64,000 bases of DNA from Lama glama. Its lineage: Eukaryota. Positions within the stretch are counted from its first letter, which is position 1. The number at the start of each line of letters is the position of its first letter. The stretch lies in contig CM052817.1 in assembly GCA_028534125.1 (NCBI GenBank), forward strand, positions 85,810,001 to 85,874,000. The letters are read 5' to 3'. The notes beneath the pieces were generated by a model. The model searched no databases. It was not told where the DNA came from and saw nothing but the letters and a program-made list of their open reading frames with translations. The position numbers and the translations under genes are program-made. Positions 13,790 through 26,149 of this stretch are shown in pieces.

Positions 13790-15150
13790 TTAGGGACTGA
13801 ACAAAAGAGAGGAATTCAGGGTGATTCCTAGGTCTTTAGTTATTCCCAGCAACAACTAGCCAAATCAAGTGCCACATACCAAGAAGTGAGGCACTGCTAG
13901 AATTTATTTTGTACATGTTAATTTGGACATACTCATAATTGGCATGTACTAAGTTGAAATACTATGTAAATTGTCTAGAATTTAGGGAATAGACTGGGGC
14001 TAAAAATATGAATGTTTTAGATAGGATTATTCATGTTCTGTAAAACTCTGAAAGAAATGACATGAGAATAGTTACAGAGTGAATTGGACATCAATCAAAG
14101 GAGGCAGAACTAGCAATGAAGACTGAGAGGACACACTCTTTTAAGTGACAGGGGAAACTAATGTGCATTGTGAGAAGGCCAAGAAAAAGGATGTTTTAAG
14201 AAGTGGGATGTACCCCTGTGTTGAATATTTCCAAAAGTATAAGTAAGATACATCTAAATAAATACTATTGGAATTCATCACATGAAGTCCACTGGTGATT
14301 TTAAAGAGACATTTCACCATGGAGTTGTGGGAAAAAGGTCTTATTTAAGTGGACTAAGACAGCATCTTGATGGCTGCACTTACTGTAAATTCTTTCTAGA
14401 AAATTTTTTCATGCCAGAAAGCAAAGAAGCGGTGGGCTAGTTACTGAATCAAGGTAATAGCAAGGATTTTTTTTTCTTTAAAATAGAAGATACTATAGTA
14501 TGTGAATATCTTATGGAAATTAATCTAACAGAGAATTTTAAATAAATGATAGAAATGAAGGACAAATAAATTGCAGAAGAGATGTTGAGAATGCAGGACC
14601 TGGAGTGCAGAGGGAGGTGTAGAACCCTGATAGAAGCAAGGTTATTTCATCCATCATACAGGAGACTAGTGTGCAGGTGCAGAAGTGTTCAAAGAAATAG
14701 TATAGGCATGGTAATGAAAAATGAAGGAATTCTAGGTTTATTTCTACTATTTTCTCAATGAAGCATGGCTAAGTTCATAAAGAAAAATAAAAATGGGTGG
14801 AAAAGGCACAAGTATGAAGAGGAAAAACAAAAGAAAGCATGACATCAGAAAATTACAAAATCATTCAATTATGCATTATGTGCATGTTTGTGCAGAATTA
14901 TATAAAACCCCAGATTAGGGAGATAATAATGCTTTTATAAAGTTTTTAGAGAAAAAAAAAAAAGAAGTAGAATGTAAACCACAAAAAAAAAAAAAAGAAA
15001 GAAAGCATGACAAATATTTCTTTGGGAAGTAAGGGACTCATGCAAGGGAAGAGTCATAGTACTGCCTAGCAGTCTTAATAGGTCATTTGAGATGTGCTGT
15101 TGAATTAAGCACGGTTTAAATTCCTGATAGTCATATAAACATTTTTCTCT
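13790..15150 (-). mobile_element. L2 LINE remnant
   Basis: Purine-rich antisense L2 motifs such as 'ggtgattcctaggt', 'gactggggctaaaaatatgaat', 'agcaatgaagactgagagg'. Confidence 0.65.
14845..14997 (+). other. Polyadenylated retroposed insert of unknown origin with 15-bp TSD
   Basis: aaagaaagcatgaca at 14830-14844 and 14998-15012; terminal A14 and internal A12. Confidence 0.75.
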
Positions 15151-16036
15151 ATTTCTGCTGCTAACAAGATTGTATTCGTTCTAGAGGTGAGGAAAACTCT
15201 GTAAGATTAAAAATCAGCACAATTTTCTCTGTAGTCAAATACGGTAAATAGAATGAAAATTTTCATGGACTTCATTTAAATTATCATTTGAATTATTTTT
15301 CAAAATACATGTTTAAACATATATCCATATATATGCATATGTTTATATATTTTGCCTTATTTGCCTAAAATGCTGTTATGAGATTAACATGCTTACTTTC
15401 TCTCAATTTCTAAATCTTTCTAAATTCCTCATAATGCTTTTAAAAACAATGATAGATGGCTATTGCTTTAACCCTGCTTGATTTTTTTCTGAACATATTG
15501 CTTCTCTGTAAGTCATATAATATTTCAATTAAATTTTTGTTGCACTGATTCACACTCTACTGTAATTGGTATTTCTTAAATATGCCTTTCCTTTTTCCCT
15601 GTAAAGATGTTCTGTTTAGATTCTAAGCATGTAAACGCATCACACTCTGTCTGTGTATTTAGCTTTGTGCATAGCCCTAACGGCTCTGGGGATACTTGCC
15701 ACTAATGCAAGTGGGTGTTTATACACTAAGTGTTTGTTTATTCATGACAGTCCCAAAATGTTTGGAAAGTGATAAAAAAAAAATCAATAATCCTGTGATC
15801 ATTGAAATGCTCTCCTAATTTCAATTTCAGTTGTATTTACATTCTCAACATTTCATGAACACTCACAGCAGTTTAACCATCATTTCCTTTACAAATAATC
15901 TGGAAATACTGTTGTTACAATAACCACACTTAAAACAGTAGCTCCATAAGTGAGGCAGTGGTCCTCTGACTAGTGTGAATTCAGGAGTACAGACATCCCT
16001 ACATCCGTGTCAGCTTTCATCCTCCCTGAAATACAG

Positions 16037-16056
16037 ACACACACACACACACACAC
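16037..16056. repeat. (AC)10 microsatellite
   Basis: Direct reading. Confidence 0.9.
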
Positions 16057-16261
16057 ATACAGATGCACTCCCTGCATTCAAATGTCCCGTGCCATGTACT
16101 CCTTTTCTATGTGTTTTCATATATCAGCTTTGTAAATATACCACGGAGGCAATGGACTCACAATTACTGTCTCAAAAAGAGTGATTTTCATAATGGGTTA
16201 TTGTGAAAGAAGTGGATAGATCACTGTTGTCTTAGCAAGGTTCTTCAGTTACCTGATCATT

Positions 16262-16537
16262 TGTGTTGTCTCCTGAGGCTGCATAACAAATCACTACAGT
16301 CTTGGCTCACAATCAAATTAACTCACTCCCTCAAAGTTCTGGAAAGACCTGAAGTCGGAAGCCAAGGTGTGAAAGGGGCTGCCCTCTCTAGAGACTCTGG
16401 TGAAGAACCTGCTCTTTGCCTTCAACTTCTAGTGGCTGTCGGCATGGCACTCGCTGGCTTGAGGCCCTGCAGCCCCAGGCTCTGCCTCCACGGGCACTTC
16501 ACCTCCTCTGCTCTCTGGCTCATCTCCCTCAGACTCA
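16262..16537 (-). mobile_element. MaLR LTR (MLT1C/D-like), truncated by the adjacent L1
   Basis: 'ggctgcataacaaatcactac...gttctggaa...gaagtc...ccaaggtg...cttctagtggctg'. Confidence 0.8.
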
Positions 16538-16544
16538 TGCTTTT

Positions 16545-16917
16545 TTGTTTTTCAGGTATACAGCAAATTTTCAGATATATATATATAGAGATATATATAT
16601 GTATCAGATTCTTTTCAATTATAGGCCATTATAAGGTATTGAATATAGTTCCCTGTGCTGTACAGTAGGACCTTGTTATTTATCTGTTTTATATATAGCA
16701 GTTAGTATCTGCAAATCCCGAACTCCCTGTTTATCCTTCCCGTGCCACCCCCTTTCCCCTTTTGTAACCATAAGTTTGTTTTCTATGTCTGTGTGTTTAT
16801 TTCTGTTTTGTAAATAAGTTCATTTACATCACTTTTTAGATTCCACAAATGAGTGATAGCATGATATTTGTCTTTCTCTGTCTGACTTACTTCACTTAAT
16901 AAATTATCTCCAGGTCT
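16545..16917 (-). mobile_element. L1 3' end (cetartiodactyl-type)
   Basis: 'ttgaatatagttccctgtgctgtacagtaggacc...ttagattccac' is the reverse complement of the L1 3' UTR seen at 54180-54250. Confidence 0.92.
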
Positions 16918-16931
16918 TTCCTGATTTATCA

Positions 16932-17059
16932 TAACTGATTTATACTTCACACTATTTTATTTTGTCTGTTTCACAAATGAGGAAGTTGAGGCACAGAACA
17001 TTTTAGTGAATGGCTTAAAGTTACAGAGCACAAAGCTAAGAAGTAACAGACTCAGAAGG
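16932..17059 (-). mobile_element. MIR fragment, interrupted by MLT2 (resumes ~17543-17565)
   Basis: 'cacaaatgaggaagttgaggcacaga'. Confidence 0.75.
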
Positions 17060-17542
17060 TGTGAGACTTAAGGTTATACATCAGCTTGACTAGATCATGG
17101 AATAGCCAGCTATCTGGTTAAACATTTCTGAGTGTGTCTGTGAGAATGTTTCCAGACGAAATTAGCATTTGAATAGACAGACTGAGCAAAATGGATTGCC
17201 TTCCTCAACATGGGAGACATCATCCAATCTACTGAGGACCTGAGTAGAACAAAAAATTGGAGGAACGGTGCACCAGCTCTCTGTCTGACTGAGCCGAGAC
17301 ATCAGTATCCCCTTGCCCTCAATGCTCCTGTACTCAGGCCTTCATAACTTGTACTGGAATCTACACCATTGACTCTCCAGCTCTCAAGCCTTCAAACTAC
17401 ACCACATGCCTTCCTGAGTCTCCAGCTCGCAGAAGGCAGATTTGGGGACTTCCCAGACTCTGTCATCATGCAAGTTAATAACTTATCATACATCTCTTTA
17501 TATCTGTTGGTTCTGTTTCTCTGGAGTGCTCTGGCTGATACA
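17060..17542 (+). mobile_element. MLT2 (ERVL) solo LTR, complete
   Basis: TG...CA ends; 'gtgtgtctgtgagaatgtttccagacgaaattagcatttgaat'; 'ttggttctgtttctctggag'; 5-bp TSD gaagg/gaagt. Confidence 0.92.
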
Positions 17543-17949
17543 GAAGTCAAGCTCTGAGCACTTATTTTTTTATGCTATGCTAATTCCCAAAAAGTATTGC
17601 TTTATAGAAGCAATGCCTCTATTAGCATTTAAAATTTTCTTTTTATTTTAAGATAAATAGAAGTGTTGCTCCAGTCCAGCCCAGAGGAGATGCAGGTCAC
17701 TTGTGATTGTTTCTTCTTAGAACTTAATGAGGAGTCTCTAACCTGAACAAGAACACCCTTTGTCATCTTGTGCGAAGAGGAGCCTTTGAGTCAGTTTTGC
17801 ACATCACCTGGCTTTGTCAGGAAAATAATTGTCATTCCTGAGGTTGGAAGATCCAAAATAATGATTTGGAATAAAGAATAAAAGTGAGTCACTCTGCAAT
17901 CAAAAGTATCCCAATTTCCAATTTTTGGCCCTCTACTACACATCAGGTC

Positions 17950-18105
17950 AAATATTATCTTTTACTTTCAGAAGAATTATATAGATGAGAAAGTTGAGGT
18001 TCAGGGAATTTGAACTGATGAAGCTCATTCAACTAGTAAATGGATATGCTGGGATTTGGATCAATCTTGGGTTGATTCCAAAATTCATGATTTTTCAACC
18101 AGAAC
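17950..18105 (-). mobile_element. MIR fragment
   Basis: 'tagatgagaaagttgaggttcag...ctagtaaatgg...ctgggatttg'. Confidence 0.75.
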
Positions 18106-18562
18106 AAATTGTTTGTGACAGTATCTAAAAAAGAGACCAATTAAACTGGCATAACTTCTCAAAGTGTGTTAATTTCACCTAAGTTATAGCTAAGCACCTA
18201 GAAAATTTGATTTAGTAATAGTACTAAATCCTAGTGATTGTAATGATGACTGTTGGTGGTGGGAGAAATTAGATTAATGTAGTTTTGGTGAAAATCTCTC
18301 AATCAATTGAAGTTTATAACCACATCATGTCCTTGAAACAAATAAAGAAATGCTCAGGCATATCTTACTTAGATCTTTTTTTCCAGAATAAATTCATAAA
18401 CAGTCATTTCCATGCATTAACTACAGGAACATGACAAATCAACACACCAGGAGCTATGTTTTTATGGTCACTAACATTTTAGTTCTTCTGTATTTTCTTG
18501 ACTACTAACTGGAAGACAGAGTACAAGGTGAGGAAACTAAAACATAGAAGAAAAAGTCTGAC

Positions 18563-18693
18563 AATAGCTAACACGTATTGAGTGTTGACTGTTAACCAAT
18601 ATAGAATAAAATACTAGTGTAACAAGTTATAATAGTAACTGATTTATTCTTCACACTATTTTATTTTGTCTGTTTCATAGATGAGGAAGTTGA
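18563..18693 (-). mobile_element. MIR 3' part
   Basis: 'aatagctaacacgtattgagtg' through 'tagatgaggaagttga'. Confidence 0.7.
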
Positions 18694-19494
18694 ATATACC
18701 ATTATCGAATATACTGTTTCTCTACTTTGCAGGTACAACTGGAAAAAGAGGACAGACCCTTTGAAAGCCTTGGTATTTTTAAAAGTGCTGCCAATCTCAC
18801 TGACAGCAGTCACTTCTTTTCCGCTAGAAATTGTTGATAGATAAAGTAAAAACAATAGAAGTGGTACCGTATTAATCAAAATCACCAATAGCCTTTACAA
18901 TTATCTCAAGTTATTATTTTAAGCAGCAACTTAACTAATAAATACTTTTAATAATATATAAACACCATAATCATTAAGCTTAACTTATGCATAACCAAGG
19001 AAAAATAACCACTGCTAACTTGAACTTCAGTGAGTCTCAGAATACCATGTGACTAAATTCTGCTTTTCAGTTCATAATATCTGATTTGTATGATCAACAT
19101 AACGTTCCTGTACTCTGGCTCTTCAGAACTTGAGATATTCCTGTATTCTGGCTACTGGTTTTCCTTATAAAGTCATGTGGAGGCACACATATCCTGAACA
19201 AGTGTAGAGTAGTGGCCAGAGCATAAGCATAGCTCTGTCTTCTCACATCTCACGTCTATTGGAACATAGGACCCAGCGTCTAGGAGTATAATTATAGCTT
19301 GTGTCATGGGAAAGCTTGATTAATTAGATAACTACCTCAAACGGTAAATAAGAAATGAAATCATTCTAGTTCCTTTAGTGAGTTAATAAAAATTTATTAC
19401 ATTTTATCACATGTGTATCTAATCCGATATTATATCCAATACCAGTGGAATTTATGAGGATCTCTAACAATTCTTGAGGTCAATTCTTGACGTC

Positions 19495-19660
19495 AGAGCA
19501 GTAAAAATATGGCAGAAATCTAGGCTTCGTTGTTAAATCCCACCTTCACCACCTGACAACTGTGTACGAGTGGGCATAGTGAGAACACCTGAATTATTTA
19601 AACTTCATGGTATTTTTTCCATACAAAGTGAGGATAATAATTACTTAACAGAAGTTTAAA
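19495..19660 (+). mobile_element. MIR fragment
   Basis: 'ttaaatcccaccttcaccacctgacaactgtgt...aaagtgaggataataat'. Confidence 0.6.
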
Positions 19661-19739
19661 ATAAAATAAGAACACAGGAAACGACAGCTCTTACTGAGCT
19701 CAGCATGTGCACTGTGTGGCTCTAAAGTTTGGACAGAAC

Positions 19740-20077
19740 TTTTTTTCATTCATATTCAAATATTTATTGAGGTATAGTCAGTTTACAATTTGTGTCAATG
19801 TCTGGCGTGCAGCATAACGTTTCAGTCATACGTATTTTCGTTTTCATATTCTTTTTCATGATAGGTTGGTACAAGGTATTGAATACAGTTCCCTGTGCTG
19901 TACAGTAGGTTCTTGTTGTTTATCTATTTCATATATAGCAGTTTGTATCTGCTAATCCCAAATTCCTAATTTATCCCTTCCCGTAAGTTTATTTTCTGTG
20001 TCTGTGAGTCTGTTTCCATTCTGTAAATAAGTTCATTTGTGTCTTTTTTAGATTCCATATCTGAGTGATATCATATC
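19740..20077 (-). mobile_element. Young L1 3' end
   Basis: 'ttattgaggtatagtcagtttacaat...tttcagtcatac...gttccctgtgctgtacagtagg'. Confidence 0.92.
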
Positions 20078-20579
20078 ATTCTTTGATTTCTAAAGATTGA
20101 AGTGTTTTCCTCAAAGCAGACTATAACACACAAGATTTTGGTGAGTGTTCCAGTGATAATCTTAACATTATGATTTAATACCTGATATATCTCAGGCTTC
20201 TTCACTTCATTTTTTGTGTTTTCAGTGTGGAACATCATACTGTATTTAGTTTGACATCCTTATAACCTGGTACCAGCTTCTTGAAATGAGACTCCATTTT
20301 GATATGTTCGTTCGTGTCTGTGTGTGTGTATTCTCAAGTGTGTATGTGCATGTATGGTTGTTGGGTGGCATTTTTGTTTTTTGTTCAGGTGCCAAAAAAC
20401 AAAACATAAATATGTGAATTAGTAGTCCTACATTCCAAAGTGAGGCACTAGATGACTCATAAAGAATGATAAAGGATATATTTAAAACCAGTTTTCAACC
20501 CTTAGTCTGTCACCAATTTGATGGCATAAAAAATAATTTAGATTGTGGAAACTGGAGGATTTATTTGAGGAGAGTGGTG

Positions 20580-21560
20580 CTGTGTGGTGAGATACTCTGC
20601 AACCTAAGGTTGAGGGTTGGTGAGTAATCACTCCTCATTTCAATTCTTGTGAAGACACCACTCAGAGGATATGGTTAGATGTTTTCTAGACTATATTGGA
20701 AACTATGAACTAGTGTCAGAGTCTAACTGAAAAAACCTGAAGGCGGGCTGCTGGCGGGATGAGACCGTGGCGGTAAGGAAGATGGCTGCATTTGCAAATT
20801 ACTGCTTTTCCTGTGATGGAAGGTCAAGGTTATGTAATTAGCAGGAACTGGTTGGCCTATGGCTGTTTTAAAAGGCACAAGTGCACCCTGGATTGTGTCA
20901 GTGGGTGATGCGACCCACACCCAAAGGAGCTGGAGCGTAGCTGTGGAAGCTGAGGAACAATTTTAAGACGCCAGCTCAAGAAGAACTACTGTTCAAAGCA
21001 AAAGAGCCGCTTGCTGGGACCCTGTAAGAAATTCTGAGAAATCCCTAAAGACAACCCGAGAGAGAAAATGAGCTTTAATCGTTAGGATTTTCCAAAGGAA
21101 AACAACACCGAATTATTTAAGTGCCAAATTAGGTATTTCTTGCCCCCTACCATTCCTCCTGCTCCAGCTTTTCCCTGAAAAAGACAGGGGCAGTCTAGTG
21201 AATGGGGAAGAAAGGAGAGACATATGAGAATAATAGAATAAAAAGGCACCAATGTTTCCTTCCCCTCAGTGCTTAAATAGCCTGTGGCAGGGACAAGCTG
21301 GGAGGGGAAAGTTTTTAACTTTGAAAGAACTTTACAGTTTTGTATAATTCTTAACTAGACAAATTAGTTTGAAAAAAAGGGTGATTTCTCTAAGCTGGAG
21401 AAATTTATTTTACCATAAAGTTTGTAGATGAGCTAAGGGGCCTATCTGAGATTTCACCTTGCCATAAGTTCTTGTCACCTCGAGTAAGATGGAACAGGCA
21501 GTGAGTGGGAAGGAAGACTGTCTATCGATCTTCATTTTTATTCTGATAGCACCCTACGAT
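20580..21560 (+). mobile_element. Ancient Gypsy-like LTR (MamGypLTR1-like)
   Basis: ~1 kb GC-richer block; 'caagctgggaggggaaagtttttaactttgaa' and downstream sequence recall MamGypLTR1; family call from memory only. Confidence 0.45.
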
Positions 21561-22643
21561 GCCTCCTTGAGGAGTTGCAGCTACTTCCCCTCCCACTGTG
21601 CTATTGAGTTATACTGGTTGAAACAGACTGACTACAAGGAAGTCATGAGAATATCACTTAATTTCTTTAAAAGTTTAGATACTCTGAGACACTTACTTTT
21701 GATTAGCAATAAAATAGTTTTAACTAATAGTTAACTATTGGGGTTTTATTCCCTTTATGCATTTAGTGGATTGTAAAGGCAGTTGAGTGAAGGACTCAAA
21801 AAGTTTAAGGGCTCTAAACTGTGAAACTGACTCACCTATGTCCCTGTGGTATTCCCTAATTAATCTTCCCACGTTTATGGTATAAACAGAGGAGAACGGG
21901 AACTGAAACATTTGGTGTAATTAGGCATCATCTAGGTCAGTATTTCAGATACACGTACATTCACCATTGCTTAAACCACAGATGTTTAGCAATGGAAAAG
22001 TTGCTGTATTCCAATACCCTGGAGTGAAATAGATGGGAATTGAAAAAAAAAATTTAGTCGGATAAGATTAAATTATTTCTCATGATTATTTTAATGTAAA
22101 ACGGGGTGGGGGAAGGATGCAAAGAACAGAGTAAAAAAAATTTTATTTCATATTTTAAGAAGAACAGTCCTTAGAGCAGACAGAACTGCTACAGACACTC
22201 TCTGCATGGTAACAAGAGTTAATAGTGCAGAAGGACTTTCCAGTTACCTTGCGTAATCACCAGTGCTGTACGGAAATCACGGATCCCATTTGCCTCTGGT
22301 TTGTATTTACACACCATGCATTAGTCTCATTTAATTCTTTGTATTTTTCCATCAGTACAGAACATACACAAAGTGAGTTGCTTTATGGGTGTGAAATACA
22401 AACACAGGCTCATCCTTCCCCACTCCCTCAGCCTTCCACTTAAGCCCCAACATACCCTTTAGAAAGTCCAATATCCCCCCACCTTGGGTTTCCAGAAACC
22501 AAATTTTAAAAATAATCCTAACAGTTTGCTCACTTCATGTTGTGAGAGGTGAGGCAGTAGTGTCACTTTTAAATGCTGGAATGAAAAGACTGAATAGGAA
22601 TGTCCTCAAGTCCTCGAGCGCTTGAGTGCTGGCTCTCTAGCCA

Positions 22644-22662
22644 CTGTCACTAGGTGGCGCTG
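22644..22662 (+). promoter_or_regulatory. CTCF-binding motif (predicted)
   Basis: ctgtCACTAGGTGGCGCtg closely matches the CTCF core CCACYAGRKGGCRS; CpG retained. Confidence 0.6.
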
Positions 22663-24653
22663 TGGACAGTGTTGCGCAGTCTACCAGATGCTTGTTTGCT
22701 GCTATAAGGATGTTCCTGTTAGAATGTAAGGTCAGAGTTCATTGAATCCACATTTCATTCTTACACAGGACTCAGTGGAATATGACCCTAAGCAGAACAG
22801 AAGGCTTTGAGCCTGGCTACCAGCCCTCCGTCATCGGCGTGTAAGTCCTTGTGTTAACAGTAATTCACCACTTCCCCTCTCTTTTTGTGACTTCCACATT
22901 CAAAACCTTGATTAGAATAAACTTACTCCAAACAGACCATTGGTCATTTCCTCAAAAATATTCAGGAATCCTTATCCACACTGGTGCACTCTCACACTAT
23001 ACATCTTAAAGAGTCTAAGATGGAGGAAATCTTCAAGCCACAACATTCCATTAAGCACTGCACCCAGTCAGTGGGAAGACATTTGTCCTCTGGAATGAGC
23101 AAATACCTGCTGTCTCCAGCGACGGCAGAAGACGGAGCTGGTACATTTGTTTAGTTTTACTTCATCTGGCATCCTGTTACACTAAATATTTGACATACTA
23201 AATATTTGAATAGGAAAAGAGGAGAGAAAAATTCTCAGAAGGGCTTTTCCCAACAATACATATCCTAGATTCAAAATGGTTAGTAATTTAAATTCCTAAT
23301 TGTCCAGCCACAGTTCTGTCTTGCTCTCCTTCGAAAGGCTCTGCTTCAGAAGGCATGAAACACAGATGCTTTTCAACTTAATGTAGTATGTCATGAAATA
23401 ATGAAAAGAAAATTGGTAAACATGCTTTTTCCCCCAATCTATATTAGTTTATCACACATCCTTTTTCTTTCCCTAAACTTGCCAGTTTGCTGAAGTCTTG
23501 TTTAACTTTTTTACATGTTTCACTCCTAAAAATGCATGTCAATCCCATTCTACTGAATGCAGTAAAAATCGGATAACAATATTGTAATGCATTAACACAG
23601 TTTCAGTTCATACGTTCATTCTTGTGCATAACAGACTTGCAGTGCTTTAAAATATCGACAACATTCAGGAAGTTTGTTAGTACAAGATAATTCATTAAAG
23701 AGCCCTTTCTATCCTAAAAGAAAAATTAATAATATACTCTAAATACATTTGAATGTCATATATTTATCATACAAAGTAGGTATTTTCAGAAGCACCAGAT
23801 TTTCCAAAAAGATATTTTCTAATAAAAAAATGTGTTTTCTCACGCCTTACAGACATTAAAAGACATCTGCATTGTCAATAGATGGCAGCATAACCCTTCA
23901 GGAATCCCGGGGACCTACTTAGGCAGTTTAAGATCACAGCCATTAACATGCTAAAAATGGAAATCTCAGTGAAGCTTTCTCATTGCATTTTCTTTAATAC
24001 TTCATTGAACGATGTCACGTATTTCCAAAAAGGAAAATGAAAAATATGTAAACCATGAATACTTTATGGTGCAGTTTTCTTTTCTTTTTTTTAAGGGTGT
24101 ATGAATTTGAGGTTAGGACTGTGGGGTGAAGGAAAAGATAACATTGTTGACACATTAATGCATGAATCTTTCACTTCACTATTAGACCTTGAAATTTTAG
24201 TTTGATATATAGCATGTGAACTTTCAACAAATTATCAATAATCTCTCACTAGGAAGAGCACTTTTAAGCAAACTTTTTGAGAGATTACTGAAAAATATTT
24301 GTGTATCAAGCTATCTCCCCTAGAAAGACAAGGATTTCATTTGTGAGAGTAGAATCTCGTCTTTAAACATTGCAGTAGATCTGCTTCAAGGGGATGAAAG
24401 CAAGCTAAACTTTTCAAATCTCCATAAAATTATACATGGACCAGGTAACTCCTTAAGAAACACACACTGCTTTATGGACTATTTAAATTGTATTCAGGTG
24501 GCTTGAGGTGCCTTTAAACTTGGGGTTGCTAGGGTTTCCAACACTCCTACAGAAATAAACCCTGGCCATAAAGATACAGTGTGTTAACACACATCAGAGG
24601 AGGAAAACAGGAGACAGTGATTTGTTTAATAGACAAGGATTCTGCCCTGAAGC

Positions 24654-25285
24654 TGAGACAGGAAGGGGGCAGGGCACAGCCATTCAAGGAATGCTACAGC
24701 AATTGACATCAAAATGGTGAAAGATTCAACCTCCAGTAAGCCTTGAGGCTCAAGATGATGGAAGATTTAACTTCTAGCAAACCTTGAGCTTCATTATACG
24801 CCTATTGTAATATATTAGAATGGTGAATAACATGCCCACAGGCGCCATGGCAGTCCCAAGGCTAGCCACAAAAGGTCAAAGAGTGGGAAATGGCCAGCTT
24901 CCTGGGAATCCCAGCCCCTTCCCCAGACTAGTTAGACTGGTCCTTCCACTTATTAGCATCTGAAGCCACTGAGCCCATAAAAACTGACAACTCGGTGCCT
25001 CGTGGCCCCCGCCTCCTCCCCCCCACTTCAGAGATGGCCCACACTTGGTCTATGGAGTGTGTACCTACTTTTAATCTGAGCACACAACCCCCACACCTCG
25101 TGGCCTTTCTCTTGCCTCTCAATGTGTCTCTCTGAATAAATCTACCTTTACTCAACTGTGGCTCGCTCTCGAATTCTTTCCTGCACGAAGTCAAGGACCC
25201 ACACTTGGTGGGGCACGTCCCAGGGGCTCAACCGAAGCCTGGGACACAGCCCTTCTCATGCCCCACATCCGCTTTTCCTGCATAA
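24654..25285 (+). mobile_element. ERV1 solo LTR, MER41-like, relatively young
   Basis: Starts tgagacagg; 'aggcgccatggcagtcc'; AATAAA then 'ctcgctctcgaattctttcctgcacgaagtcaaggaccc'; CpGs preserved. Confidence 0.8.
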
Positions 25286-25759
25286 TATCTATCACTATGA
25301 CGTATACAGAAAGAGCATCAATCACACAGTGCAAACAAAAAGGTTAGAGCTCTATAATTAGTTTTACTCATTCTGAGCAATCAAAACTGTGTCGTTGCTT
25401 TGTTAATATTACTGAAGTCATCTTTATCAATTTTGAAGAGAGATTCCTGAAAATTTTTTCTAATTTTTTCCTTACATTTTCATTAATTTCCAAATACAGA
25501 AAACTCCCAATTTCTATGAGATGTATTCTCTTTTTCTAAGTCTGTGACAGAGATTTATGACACATATTCTCATCTGTAATAAGAGTTTTAATTCTAAATA
25601 ACTTGTGCAGAGAAACAAAAGCTAGTTTGGTGATGGACACTGGTGTCCTTTATTATATCCTCTGGGGAAAACTGTTAGTCTAAACAAAAAATCTCTCAAC
25701 AACTGTTTCCAAATAACAACTACTGTCTTTAGGAGGTTTCTCTAAGTAAACCACTTTGT

Positions 25760-25860
25760 TTATTCATTCATTGATTATTGATTTATTCATTTAAAAGATT
25801 AAATGAATGTTTACTATATTTAAGGCACTATGCTAGACAGGATATTTTCAGAGATGGGGT
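25760..25860 (-). mobile_element. L2 3' terminus
   Basis: 'ttattcattcatt...gaatgtttactat...aggcactatgctag'. Confidence 0.7.
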
Positions 25861-26149
25861 AGAAATCTCCTTTTTCTCACACTTGGTTGGAAATAAAGAC
25901 ACATGAAGAGACGCTGATATTGCCATAGAGACATATGCACAAGGTACTGGAGTCGCCCTTCTGACCTCCACAGAGCCTCATCCCAAGAACATCAAAGCTC
26001 TGCGCTTCCTCATACATCAGACTGACCGATGTCAAGGCCATATTGTATGTGCTCCTTTCAAGCACAGCACCCCCCACCCCCAGCTTACTCCTGTGTTTAC
26101 TGAGAGTCAGTTGCATGTGCTCCAAATCCTATTATTTAAGCCACTCACA

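Noticed and set aside
16261..16668. 135-aa ORF
   Set aside because: Spans an MLT1 LTR and an antisense L1 tail; non-ATG start and no protein-like features.
18715..18780. Plus-strand acceptor tttctctactttgcag followed by VQLEKEDRPFESL
   Set aside because: Weak donor (gtattt), 40-nt length, no recognisable protein, no partner exons.
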